Of a stretch of DNA of 64,000 nt, positions 1-9,511 are shown in pieces; the first letter of the stretch is position 1, and each line of letters opens with the position of its first letter. The position numbers were made by a program, and so were the translations under genes. This stretch comes from an uncultured Acidimicrobiaceae bacterium (GTDB taxonomy: Bacteria > Actinomycetota > Acidimicrobiia > Acidimicrobiales > RAAP-2). Under the pieces are notes generated by a model that had not been told where the DNA came from, did not search any database, and saw only the letters and a program-made list of their open reading frames with translations. The DNA is taken from contig CAVTTR010000005.1 of the NCBI GenBank assembly GCA_963737745.1, positions 172,459-236,458 of the forward strand, written 5' to 3'.

Positions 1-104
1 TAACCCCCGGGCTACACCGCTACCCCATTGACATCAGCGCCTCCTATGAGGGGTGCATCGGGCCCGGTGGCTCGGGCGGAGGCTTACCTCCATGTCTTCC
101 AGCA

Positions 105-147
105 CCTGATAGCGGCCCACCACCACTGCCCGTGGGCCGCTATCAGG
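105..147. repeat. Perfect 16-bp inverted repeat with an 11-nt loop (stem-loop or palindromic binding site)
   Basis: Read directly: CCTGATAGCGGCCCAC (105-120), loop CACCACTGCCC, GTGGGCCGCTATCAGG (132-147). No T-tract follows, so it is not a canonical intrinsic terminator. Confidence 0.85.
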
Positions 148-596
148 CCGTAATGGCCACCGATTCCTCCATCCCGCGCGCCAAGTCATTGCCCGTGACC
201 GTCATCCACCCACGCTCTAACCCAACCGCCTACCGCACGGCTCAATTGGCCACTGTGCGGACGGTGCCGGCCCTCAGCTCCCTGGAGAAGAACGCCGCCG
301 CCGAAGTTCGTCTCAACGGCGATGTGTCCGTCCACCGTGGCTACATCATCTTGACGACGCGCGAGCAGGCGGCGGCTCCAGCCATCGTGAACAGTGATCA
401 GGCGGTCTACGACGTGGTAGTCCAGGGTCACTTCACCTGTGGGAGTTGTTCGACACCACTAGGAGCGAAAGTTCCGACCGGATCGGTGATTACGTCTTCC
501 GTGGACCGCCAAACCCTTCAAGGCCTGGATTTTGGCATCACGCGGTCGCTGCCGACAGTGCTCGTGGGTGAGCCGATCTACCGCTTCCGATTCTGA
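132..596 (+). CDS. Hypothetical protein (154 aa, GTG start inside the right hairpin arm)
   Basis: Open frame in the ORF track with no motif I recognise. The composition is less Arg/Pro-rich than the shadow ORFs around it. Confidence 0.3.
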   Translation: MGRYQAVMATDSSIPRAKSLPVTVIHPRSNPTAYRTAQLATVRTVPALSSLEKNAAAEVRLNGDVSVHRGYIILTTREQAAAPAIVNSDQAVYDVVVQGHFTCGSCSTPLGAKVPTGSVITSSVDRQTLQGLDFGITRSLPTVLVGEPIYRFRF

Positions 597-808
597 TCGC
601 TCGGGCCGAGATCCGACCCCTACCCCCCTGACAGGGCTGCCGAACCGAACCATCAGAGGACCACAACGTGTTCCCAACCACTCAACCTGTTTCAGCGCCG
701 CGTTGCGTCCCGAACGCCGGCTTCATGACGGTTCTTGGTGGTCCCATCGCGCGGGAAATGCTGTCTCTTGCGACGAGAGCTACCAATGCGCCGCCGATCT
801 TCCAGGGA

Positions 809-863
809 ATACTTAAGTAAATGCTTGACTACAAATCTGACCGCGATTATACTTAGGTAAATG
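809..863 (+). promoter_or_regulatory. Sigma70-like promoter with flanking direct repeats; predicted leaderless transcript for the ArsR gene
   Basis: TTGACT (825-830), 17-nt spacer, TATACT (848-853). The ATG at 861 lies about 7 nt after the -10 box. ATACTTAAGTAAATG (809-823) recurs as ATACTTAGGTAAATG (849-863). Confidence 0.55.
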
Positions 864-1191
864 GTTAACGGTTGGGAGAATCTCGACCGGGTGTTCCAGG
901 CCCTGGGCGACCCGAGTCGGCGGGCCATGGTGGCGAGGCTGGTAGTCGGACCGGCATCAGTCGAGCCAGCTCGCTGAGCCACTTCCGATGTCACTGCCGG
1001 CTGTCGTGCAACACCTGGGGGTTCTGGAGTCCGCTGGGCTGGTCTCGACCGAGAAAGTCGGCCGAGTCCGCACGTGTCGCCTCGAACCCGAGGTCCTCCG
1101 CCGAGCTGAGTCCTGGCTCGGCGACCAGCGCACTGCCTGGGAAGACCGACTGGACCGACTCGGTGTCGAGCTTGGCGAGCGGTCCGAGTAA
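861..1191 (+). pseudogene. ArsR/SmtB-family HTH regulator, interrupted by a 1-nt frame change near 963
   Basis: Frame 3 from ATG 861 reads MVNGWENLDRVFQALGDPSRRAMVARLVVGPASV and then hits a stop at 975. Frame 1 continues SQLAEPLPMSLPAVVQHLGVLESAGLV... (ORF 988..1191). Joined, the two give a typical ArsR winged helix. Confidence 0.75.
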
Positions 1192-1232
1192 CCAAGAAAG
1201 CCATAAGAGCCACGAGGATAAGGAGAAGACCC

Positions 1233-1688
1233 ATGAGCGATCGCAATGTCACCCATGCGACGTTTACCCTGGAGCGCACTTATCTGGCGCCACCCGACCG
1301 GGTATTTGGCGCCTGGGCCGACCCCGAGGTGAAAGCTCGCTGGTTTGCCGGCGACCCTTCCGGTTATGAACTGGACTTTCGACCGGGCGGCATCGAACGC
1401 AACTCGGCCGTTGTCGAGGGGAAAGAGATCATCTGGGAATCGCTCTACCGCGACATAGTCGCAAACGAGCGGATCGTTTATACGTCCGTGCTCTGCGAAG
1501 GGAACACGGTGGCGACCGTGTCCCTGACCACGGTGGAGTTCGTCTCAGAAGGCGAGGGCACCCAGCTGCGGCTGGTAGAAGCCGGCGCCTACCTCGACGG
1601 ACGCGAGCAGGCGGCGTGGCGAGAGCAGGGCACCAGCGACTGGCTCGACGCGCTTGGCAAAGACCCGGCTTGTCAGCCCAGCGATTGA
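1233..1688 (+). CDS. SRPBCC / AHSA1 (Aha1-like) domain protein
   Basis: N-terminus THATFTLERTYLAPPDRVFGAWADPEVKARWF is typical of the family. An ArsR + SRPBCC pairing is a common gene pair. Confidence 0.85.
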   Translation: MSDRNVTHATFTLERTYLAPPDRVFGAWADPEVKARWFAGDPSGYELDFRPGGIERNSAVVEGKEIIWESLYRDIVANERIVYTSVLCEGNTVATVSLTTVEFVSEGEGTQLRLVEAGAYLDGREQAAWREQGTSDWLDALGKDPACQPSD

Positions 1689-1739
1689 CGGCAATTCCAT
1701 GAATCCACAACCAGTCTCAATCTCGAAAAGGAGGCAGGA

Positions 1740-2096
1740 GTGCCCATCGAACACGTGCTCGCCGTAGTTCCTGTATCGGGCTTTGACGCGGCCCACGAAT
1801 GGTATGAGCGTCTCTTCGGTCGCCAAGCCGGCAACCTGCCCATGGAAGGTCGGCTCGTCGAATGGAGGCTCACGAATAACGGATGGGCTCAGATCACGAC
1901 GGATACTCTGCGCGCCGGGTCAGGCCTCGTGAACTTCGCAGTTGACGACCTCGAGAGCCACATCGCCGACCTTGCCCTGAGGGGGTTGGAAGCAGGACCG
2001 ATCGAGACGGTCAACAAGGGAGTCTTGTTGTCCTCGATCCGAGATCCCGATGGCAACATGATCACCTTCATCGGCAACTTTCGCGTTGACTACTGA
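1740..2096 (+). CDS. VOC / glyoxalase-bleomycin resistance family protein
   Basis: 118 aa. The C-terminal motif IRDPDGNMITF is typical of VOC beta-alpha-beta-beta-beta modules. GTG start preceded by AAGGAGG. Confidence 0.8.
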   Translation: MPIEHVLAVVPVSGFDAAHEWYERLFGRQAGNLPMEGRLVEWRLTNNGWAQITTDTLRAGSGLVNFAVDDLESHIADLALRGLEAGPIETVNKGVLLSSIRDPDGNMITFIGNFRVDY

Positions 2097-2338
2097 AACA
2101 AACGACCCGATGGAAAGGGCTCTTCCACGGACGCCCACTCGTCGCGCGAAGTCGGGAGCAATCCTGGCTTCCAGAAGATTTTGTCCAATTCGACGACTGG
2201 GAGTCCCGTTGCCTCGCGCAAGCTTGCAGCGCAGACCGACTTTCCCGGCCCTCCGCGACGATCCACGGCGATCGCCTTACGCCTCAGATTCTGCCCCACC
2301 CCGGCCAGCGCACTTCTCACGGATCCGCTCGCGGACAT
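2090..2338 (-). pseudogene. Remnant of a P-loop kinase (adenylate kinase-like / topology-modulation-like), truncated
   Basis: GGPGKSV (degenerate Walker A) followed by GLPVVELDKIFWKPG..SRDEW parallels the paralogue at 2969-3529. It stops after 82 aa. Confidence 0.45.
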
Positions 2339-2386
2339 CTTCTCTCCGGCCTCGGCAGTATCTTCCGTGTGCTCGATTCTGAAGGG

Positions 2387-2910
2387 CTAAGCGGCGGGCT
2401 CTCCGACATCAAGGGTGTAGAGGTTCCGGATCTTGCCCTCCATTGACGATTGCTTCCAGAAGGTGAATCCAAGTTTTTGGCAGACCTTCTGCGAGGCAAT
2501 GTTTTCCGGGGCGATGATGGACCGAAACGTTCCTCGATACGTCTGATGAGCTTTGGCCAATAGAGCTTGGCTGGCTTCGCTGGCATACCCAAGACCCCTG
2601 CGCTCGGGCGTCAGCCGGTATCCCCACTCCAGCCATGTTTTGTCCTCAAGGTCGATGTTGTCGACGCCGGTATATCCCACCACAAGCCCAGAGGACAGCT
2701 CGACAACCGGCTGTTTGCCAAATGAGATGGCCTGGCGACTGCGACCATGTGGTCGAATCGTTCCTGGGCCTTGTGCGCTGTGAGTACGCCTGAGTACTTC
2801 ATAAAGTCCTGATTGCAGAAGAAGTCGACCAACTGGGACCGGTCGGACTCCCGAGGCGCGCGTACCAAAAGGCGCACGGTCATAATGCCGTCCAGATCAA
2901 AGCCAGTCAT
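2387..2910 (-). pseudogene. GNAT N-acetyltransferase (RimJ/RimL-like), one frame change near 2733
   Basis: The N-terminal part MTGFDLDGIMTVRLLVRAPRESDRSQL...RFDHMVAVA lies in the frame of ORF 2611..3126. The continuation QAISFGKQPVVELSSGLVVGYTGVDN...GLGYASEA lies in the frame of ORF 2387..2683. Confidence 0.7.
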
Positions 2911-2968
2911 GCATCCTCCCGCCACCCATCCTGCCGCATTTCGGGGAGCCGCCAGCTCGAACGGAGGG

Positions 2969-3529
2969 TCAGTCAGTGCCGAACTCGCCGAGAAACTCTC
3001 GAGCCGCTCGCTTCGAACTGAGCACGCGCAGCGCCGCGTGCTGCCCGTGTTCGGAGATGATGACGCGTTCTCCCTCAGGTTCCTTCCGACGGTCCCGCCA
3101 GTTGGCCCAGACCGACCGCCATTCATCGCTTACTCGTTGGATCACGGAGTCGACGCAACCATCGGGCATCACGGTCTCAGCTGGCCTTCGAGTCCGCGCT
3201 TGAACGCCCGACCGGCGCAGAGCCACCACTGGGTCGCCAGTACGACAACCGTGTCTGCTCGCTCCAGGCGAAGCTCGAGCGTTTCAGAGTAGTTGCCGTC
3301 GGCGATCCAGGCGTCGCCAGCAGAGCAGGCTGCGTTGCTTCGCCCGCCACTCTTCGTCCGACGGCTTCACCCAGGCTGGCTTCCAATAATGGAGGTCGAG
3401 ATGGATCAGCGGTAAACCGGTCCTTGTCGATAGGGCCTTTGAGAACGTGCTTTTCCCAGACCAAGGCATCCCGGTGACGATGATGCGACGGCCGATGTCC
3501 CCCGATGCATTGCCCATCTGGGCCAGCAT
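2969..3529 (-). pseudogene. P-loop NTPase (adenylate kinase-like), two compensating frame changes (about 3320 and about 3185)
   Basis: RRIIVTGMPWSGKSTFSKAL...LHYWKPAWVKPSDEEWRAKQRSLL, then an out-of-frame stretch AGDAWIADGNYSETLELRLERADTVVVL, then a return to the first frame (ORF 2969..3229: PDGCVDSV...WANWRD...HGQHAALRVL). Confidence 0.65.
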
Positions 3530-3623
3530 CTCAAGTTCGCCAGAGGCTGGCAAACATTGCCTGCCGTACGGGATCAATATCGGTGAACGTGGCCAGTCGA
3601 TGGCATATGAGCGCACGCAAACA

Positions 3624-4547
3624 TCATGAGGAGATGAAGCGGTGGATGGCCACGTTGGCGTGGTCCTGAAACGACGGGTTGGCCAGGTCGGGCAGGAAGT
3701 CTGCTTGGTTGAACAAGGGACCTTTAAGCGTGTTGGCCCCGCTGGCGTAGAACACGCCGCTCGACAGGGTCGGGTCGGTGACGCCGTCGACCAGTCGCTT
3801 CGCGCCCACGTCAAGTTTGTGGGAGAGACCCAGGGTGGGCATGACGTATTTGGCCGCTATACGCATCGGCAACGGGAGGTCACTGGCTGCTTGGGTGCCG
3901 GTGGTGTTGCCGGGGCTCACGGTGATGAAACGGCGGTCGGGGTGTTGGCGGGCCAGGTATGCCATCCAAAGGGCGCCAATGTACTTGGCCTGCCCGAAAG
4001 CTAGGTTGAAGTCAGCTTTTTTGCCGGCGAAGAAGCTGCCGTCGATCACAGTGGCAAGCTCGTCGGCGGAGTGTGAGACGAACGTTGGCCCCTTCATCCG
4101 CAACTTCGGGACCCCCCTGACTGCTTCACTTCCAGCGAAGACAGCAACTTCGCCAAGCCGATCTTCTTTCAAAAGCGCTTCGAGGAGGACGACGTGGCCA
4201 AGGACGTTCGTCGCGAACCCGGTGGTAACCCCGTCAGCGGTCAGTTCAAACGTCTGCGGGCCAATGACACCAGCGTTCATGACCAGCGCATCGACGGATC
4301 CGATGATGGCGTCAAGTCCGGCGCGAACCGAACCCAGATCGGCGACGTCCATGAGAATGATGTCAAAGATGTGCCGGCCGGTTACGGCTTCGAGATCGGC
4401 CTTTGCCGCTATCGCCCGATCTCTGTTTCGGCAAGCCAGGTAGATGTGCGCAATCTCGGGACGTAGTGCCAGTTGCCGGGCCACCTCCTTGCCGATTCCA
4501 ACGTTGGCGCCCGTGATAAGTACCGTCTTTTCTAGGACTGGGCTCAT
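3624..4547 (-). CDS. Short-chain dehydrogenase/reductase (SDR), intact
   Basis: TVLITGANVGIGKE Rossmann motif, 307 aa, RBS GAGAGGA upstream of the ATG. Confidence 0.9.
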   Translation of the reverse strand: MSPVLEKTVLITGANVGIGKEVARQLALRPEIAHIYLACRNRDRAIAAKADLEAVTGRHIFDIILMDVADLGSVRAGLDAIIGSVDALVMNAGVIGPQTFELTADGVTTGFATNVLGHVVLLEALLKEDRLGEVAVFAGSEAVRGVPKLRMKGPTFVSHSADELATVIDGSFFAGKKADFNLAFGQAKYIGALWMAYLARQHPDRRFITVSPGNTTGTQAASDLPLPMRIAAKYVMPTLGLSHKLDVGAKRLVDGVTDPTLSSGVFYASGANTLKGPLFNQADFLPDLANPSFQDHANVAIHRFISS

Positions 4548-4653
4548 CGGTATTTCCTCTCGTTTCTGTAGGCCTCGTTCAGGCAGGACAGCTCTTGTCG
4601 AATTGCGTCCACCGGTTCTCCCGGATTGCTATCGGGATCTGGAGTCACCTCGA

Positions 4654-4947
4654 TCAGCTAGGCAGGCCGTCGAGCAAGCTGAAACGGGCATCCATCGCGA
4701 CACTTCGGACATCAATCAGCTGCTGATATTCAGGCGAGTTGTACCACTTGACGGCCGTCTCACGGTCGGAAAACCGCACGAGTGCTCCTGAAGTGAGCGA
4801 GCCATCGCCGTGCAGGACTTCCCAGTTGCTGTTGGCGAGAGCCTCGCCTCCGTGCTCTTTGGCCGTCTGCCCAGCAATGGGAGCGTATTTCTCACGGTAC
4901 ATTTTCGGGTCCTTGACTGTGAATTCGACAATTACGTACGCGCTCAT
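4654..4947 (-). CDS. DUF1330 family protein
   Basis: 97 aa. MSAYVIVEFTVKDPKMYREKYAP...WYNSPEYQ is the characteristic DUF1330 pattern. Confidence 0.8.
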   Translation of the reverse strand: MSAYVIVEFTVKDPKMYREKYAPIAGQTAKEHGGEALANSNWEVLHGDGSLTSGALVRFSDRETAVKWYNSPEYQQLIDVRSVAMDARFSLLDGLPS

Positions 4948-5021
4948 TTTGATGTTCCTTCGTTGTTAGTTGTTCGTTGTGTTCTTCGGAATTCGCTCGT
5001 AAACGTCGACGCCGACAGGCG

Positions 5022-5770
5022 TTACGTCGCTACTCGGCCTCCATCGACTGCAAGAGTGACGCCGTGGACGAAGCTGGCGTCATCACTGGCGAGGAAGACG
5101 ATCGCCGCAGCAAGCTCCTCGGGCTCAGCTACGCGACCTGCTGGTGCGAGTGCTGCGAGCTGATTCACCATCTCTTTGGGGACTGCTTCCATCATCCGGG
5201 TGCGTGTCGGGCCGGGGGAAACGGCATTGACCCGAACACCACTCGGGCCGTATTCGGCGGCCCAGGCCTTCGTCAACAGTTCGAGAGCCGCTCGGCTGGC
5301 GCCATAGAGAGCCATGCCGGGCTGTCCAAAGCTGGCGACCATCGTCGAGATGTTGACGATCGAGCCCCATCCGCGTGCGGCCATAGCTGGCGCCAGTGAC
5401 GCGACGAGGAAGAACGGAATCTTCACGTTCAGTGCAAAGGTCTCGTCGAACTCTGCTTCGGTGGCTGCGTTGCTTGGTCCGAGCAAGGCGATGCCGGCGT
5501 TGTTGATGAGGATGTCGACGTGACCGTCGCCTGCCTCAGTGGCCCACTCGACCAGCTCCTGGGCTGATTGCAGATCGCTCAACGTCGTGAGCTTGAACTG
5601 TCGCGACCGCCGAAGCCTTCGATCTCGGCGACCACGGCCTTGGCTCGTTGTTCGTCGCGTCCGACAACCAGTACGTGAGCGCCGCGGGCGGCCAAGGCGA
5701 TGGCCGTAGCCTCGCCGATCCCGCTCGTCGAGCCCGTTACCAGAGCTGTCTTGCCCTTTAGGTCAGTCAT
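5022..5770 (-). pseudogene. SDR oxidoreductase split by one frame change near 5602
   Basis: [21 protein letters not shown]...AEIEGFGGR (ORF 5579..5794) continues in another frame as ..[16 protein letters not shown]...NNAG...YGASRAAL (ORF 5022..5582). Confidence 0.8.
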
Positions 5771-5867
5771 GCGTTGTTCGTCCTCTCGATGCAAAATGGG
5801 TTGTATGACTCACTCTGCCAGGGCTGAACTGGGTTGTCAAACTCAGAATCCTGATAACATTTCGTGC

Positions 5868-6473
5868 ATGGTCAACGAGACGAGTGACCGGCCGAGGCTC
5901 ACCCCCAAGGGAGCACGCGTCCGAGCACGAATAGTGGAGGCGGCCGCCCCCCTGATCCATGAGCGCGGGGTGGCGGGCACGACTCTGGAAGACGTCAAGG
6001 TGGCGGCGGAAGTCAGCGGCTCTCAGATGTACCACTACTTTCCCGACAAGGACGCACTCGTGCAGGCGGTCATCGACTACCAGGCCGAGACCATCGTCAA
6101 TCGCCAGCGGCAGGCGCTCAGCAGCGCGAACGGAGTCGCAGCCTGGCGGAAAATGGTGATCACCGCAGCGAAGCGCACCCAAGCAAAAGGGGGCTGCCAA
6201 CTTGGCTCGCTCGTTGGTCAACTCGCCGAGAGTGACCCCGAGGCCCGAGCGCTCATCGCGGCAGGGTTCGATCAGTGGGCAGCCGCCATCGCCGATGGGC
6301 TGAGATCCCTTCACGCCGACGGGAAGCTCCCGTCGGACATCGACCCGGACGACCTCGCCACTACTTTGCTCGCCACGCTCCAAGGGGGACTTCTACTCGC
6401 GCAGGTACAGCAGAGTCCCCGTCCGTTCGAGACTGCGATCAATACCTTCTTCGCTCTTACCTTTGGCAAATGA
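5868..6473 (+). CDS. TetR-family transcriptional regulator
   Basis: ARIVEAAAPLIHERGVAGTTLEDVKVAAEVSGSQMYHYFPDKDALV is a TetR HTH. Start chosen at ATG 5868, divergent from the SDR at 5770. Confidence 0.85.
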   Translation: MVNETSDRPRLTPKGARVRARIVEAAAPLIHERGVAGTTLEDVKVAAEVSGSQMYHYFPDKDALVQAVIDYQAETIVNRQRQALSSANGVAAWRKMVITAAKRTQAKGGCQLGSLVGQLAESDPEARALIAAGFDQWAAAIADGLRSLHADGKLPSDIDPDDLATTLLATLQGGLLLAQVQQSPRPFETAINTFFALTFGK

Positions 6474-6930
6474 GCCCAAGCCGGGGCCTCGTCAAGATGA
6501 ACCCAATTTCGTGACAGATCCTCGCGTGGGAGAGATGTTCCATCTCGACCTCGACGGGACGGCGTTTGCTGGCCGCTACATCGAAGTAGATCCCCCGAAC
6601 CGCGTGTTGCTGAGATGGGACCGTCAAGGAACCGACACAGCGACGCCGAAACCTACATTCATTGAGATCACGTTCACCCCGACCGGTGACGGCACAAATG
6701 TGACTGTTCAGCTCTCCGGCCTAAGTGAGGATGAGGCCCCCTTCTATCTGCAACTCTGGGGGCGTCACCTTGACCGGATTGCAGCTGTTTTCCTGGCGCC
6801 GAACCCGGCGCACTTCGTTGCAACTGAGTTAGGGACCTCATCTCCGACGCCGATATCGGCTGCGCCAGGTCAACTCCATACAACTGACCGGACGCGGACC
6901 GCTGAATGGTCGGTTTCACTAGAGGGTTGA
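6463..6930 (+). pseudogene. SRPBCC/AHSA1-like fragment (N-terminal half missing; the tail is probably out of frame)
   Basis: FAGRYIEVDPPNRVLLRW...FIEITFTPTGDGTNVTVQLSG matches only the C-terminal half of Aha1-like domains. TTG start overlaps the TetR stop. Confidence 0.4.
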
Positions 6931-7173
6931 GTGGGCACTGCATATGGGATGCGGCCGGATGGTCGTCTGACTTAACGCGCTTTACCGAGTTGCTCGGCGC
7001 GCTCCTTGAGAGCCACGCTCAGAGCTTCATATCCTGCGTCACCCTTCCCGGCGCTGCCCGTTGCCAAGGCGACCAACACGCCGGAGAAACGTTATCCGTG
7101 GTTCCGGCGGTCGCCTCGTTGGGTGCACCACCGAGTGCCGCTGGGTGATCCGATGAACGCACTTGGAGCCGGT

Positions 7174-7604
7174 TCAGGCAAGGTGAGGCTCTACGAGGAG
7201 CAGCACATTCCCGTCGGGATCCGGAACCAAAACATCGGAGGTTGGGGCTCTGTCTGGTCAACGGCGCCGATGCGGATCTTGACGGGTGACCCGATCGGGC
7301 GACCGCGGGATCTACGTCTACTCCGAGTTGCTTCCCTCCCCTCATGGGCCACATCGATGTCGCCGGTGTTGAGGAGGATCCCGTCCGAATGCCCACTCGA
7401 TCCGGTCCCGCCGGCATTAGGACCAGTCCGGTGGCTGTATCGGGCGGGTAGACTTCGATCCAGCGGTGGCCCTCACCCCAAGGGATGTCAGCGCGCACTT
7501 CGAAACCAAGCGACTGGTAAAAATTTGGGGATCTGAACTGGTCCTGGGTCGGAAGAGTGACGAGTTGCACGCGGTTGATCTCGAGCGATGACAGGTTTTG
7601 TCAT
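7174..7604 (-). pseudogene. VOC/glyoxalase family gene with at least 3 frame changes
   Basis: Hand translation across frames: MTKPVI / LEINRVQLVTLPTQDQ...GFEVRADIPWGEGHRWIEVYPPDTATGLVLM...IRTG / ILLNTGDIDVAHE / ...PPMFWFRDPDGNVLLLVE. Confidence 0.6.
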
Positions 7605-7671
7605 TTTTGCCTTCTCATCGCCCGCGTTGAACTGACGACTCAAGTTGTCGATTGGCCACGCCGCCCAGCGC

Positions 7672-8280
7672 TCATCGCAGCACCGCCTCGACGAGGTTGA
7701 CGACGTCATCGACGACCGCGGTGAGTGGTTGGTCAGGTTTGGCAAGCCCATCGAAGGTCTCGAAGCTAGTGAGGACGTGGAGCACTCGCACGAGACCCTC
7801 GGCAGAGACCTCAGGTGGTTTGCCCCCCTCTTTAGCCAAGCGGCCGACGAGCATCTCGAGCCCAGCGCGGCGCCGATCGTCTCGGGCCGAGATAACCCCG
7901 GCAACCTCGGGGTCGAGCGCAGCAAGGGCTCGGAGCCTCCGCATGGCGACACGGTCGACGGCCCAGAACCGGCCGAAGGTCTCGACGAAGTGTCGTAACG
8001 CCACCTTCGCGGCGGGGGTCGTGAAGGTGGCCGCCAACGCTGACATGCCGCCGGCTTCGGCGAGCATGTCGCAGACTGCTTCGAGCAGGCCGATCTTGGT
8101 CTCGAATTGGTAATAGATCGTGGCCTTGGACACGTCGGCCTTCTTGGCGACGGCGTCCACGGTGAAGGCGCGGTAACTCCCCGCCTCGGCAAGCAAAGAG
8201 CGCGCCGCGTCGATGATCCCGCGGCGGCTCTCGTCGATCTGGTCCTGGCGCTTGCCGAGTTGGTAGGGGCGTGGGCTCAT
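7672..8280 (-). CDS. TetR-family transcriptional regulator
   Basis: IIDAARSLLAEAGSYRAFTVDAVAKKADVSKATIYYQFETKIGLL is a TetR HTH. Start placed at ATG 8280. Confidence 0.85.
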   Translation of the reverse strand: MSPRPYQLGKRQDQIDESRRGIIDAARSLLAEAGSYRAFTVDAVAKKADVSKATIYYQFETKIGLLEAVCDMLAEAGGMSALAATFTTPAAKVALRHFVETFGRFWAVDRVAMRRLRALAALDPEVAGVISARDDRRRAGLEMLVGRLAKEGGKPPEVSAEGLVRVLHVLTSFETFDGLAKPDQPLTAVVDDVVNLVEAVLR

Positions 8281-8302
8281 TGCGATTGACAACGTTCCCA
8301 TC

Positions 8303-8333
8303 TTGACGATTTAATCATACCGTTCATATGATT
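8303..8333 (+). promoter_or_regulatory. Candidate promoter/operator in an AT-rich TetR-SDR spacer
   Basis: TTGACG (8303-8308), 18-nt spacer, TATGAT (8327-8332). Inverted repeat AATCATA (8313-8319) / TATGATT (8327-8333) overlaps the -10 box. Confidence 0.3.
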
Positions 8334-8710
8334 GAATAATACCTGGAATGGAACCGCATGACCAGTACCGCATCGCGTGGCGATCTGCGCAGTACAAACG
8401 CAGCGATGTGGTCGCGCCGAGGGTGTGAATTTCAAGGTGGCCGACTCGGACGGAACTGCCTGCTCGGCCGCATCGGATCAGACAAGACCACGGCGGTGTC
8501 GATCCTGTCGACCGCCCCGCGCGGCGCAGGGAAGGCCTGCGTGTGGGGTGTGGGTGTGCACATCGTCCCCATTCGGCAGACCTACTGCAGCGATCCCCAC
8601 CGCCTCGAAGTCGATGCGTTCAGAGCGTGACCGGGTGGACCCCGCGGCTTGGACCCTCCACACTGGCCTGACCCCATCCGCCTAACCCCCGACCCGACGG
8701 AGACCAGACA

Positions 8711-9511
8711 ATGACCAGCGAATCAACCCCAGCCCTTGGACACCAAGCACCAGACACCTACCCGGACCTGGCCGGGAAGATCGCCGTGGTCACCGGCGGG
8801 TCGCGAGGTATCGGGGCCGCCACAGCCCGAGCCTTGGCCGACAATTTCGTGGCCGTCGCGATCGTCGGCCGGGACCAGGCCGCGATCGATTCCACCGTCG
8901 AAAGCATCAAGGTTGAGGGCGGCACGGCCCTCGGGGTAGCAGCCGACTGCACTGTCGAAAGTGATCTGACGAATCTTGGCCAAAGGGTCGCAGACGAACT
9001 CGGCCCGGTTGACATCCTCGTCGCCTTCGCCGGAGGCGACGGTATGCCCGTCCCGACCGACGCCGAAACCGGCGAACACTGGCGCCAGGTTATCGAGACG
9101 GATCTCACCTCCACCTTTCTCACCGTCTCTGCTTTCCTCCCCTCCATGATTTCTCGACGGTCTGGCGTAATCGTCACCATGTCCTCGGCGGCGGCCCGCC
9201 AAGCGGCGCAGTCGTCCGCCGCGTACGCGGCCGCCAAGTCGGGCGTGATCGCCTTAAGCCGTCACCTGGCCGGCGAGTTCGCCAACCACGGAATAAGAGT
9301 CAACTGCATTGCACCGTCGGCCATCGAGAACGACCACATGCGGTCATGGGTGCCTGAAGAACTGCGTAAACAACTGGCCGCCGCATTCCCCCTCCGCCGG
9401 CTTGGACAACCCGAAGACGTGGCCGCCGCCACGCTATTTCTCGCTTCCTGCGCCTCGTCTTGGATCACCGGCGTCACCCTCGACATCGCCGGCGGAAAGA
9501 TCATGCTGTGA
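8711..9511 (+). CDS. SDR oxidoreductase (FabG-like)
   Basis: KIAVVTGGSRGIGAATA, SSAAA..YAAAKSG catalytic Tyr-Lys motif, 266 aa. Confidence 0.9.
   Translation: MTSESTPALGHQAPDTYPDLAGKIAVVTGGSRGIGAATARALADNFVAVAIVGRDQAAIDSTVESIKVEGGTALGVAADCTVESDLTNLGQRVADELGPVDILVAFAGGDGMPVPTDAETGEHWRQVIETDLTSTFLTVSAFLPSMISRRSGVIVTMSSAAARQAAQSSAAYAAAKSGVIALSRHLAGEFANHGIRVNCIAPSAIENDHMRSWVPEELRKQLAAAFPLRRLGQPEDVAAATLFLASCASSWITGVTLDIAGGKIML

Noticed and set aside
8358-8685. ORFs 8358..8630 and 8377..8685 as genes in the TetR-SDR spacer.
   Set aside because: The composition is Cys/Arg-rich and implausible, with no motifs. They overlap each other in two frames.
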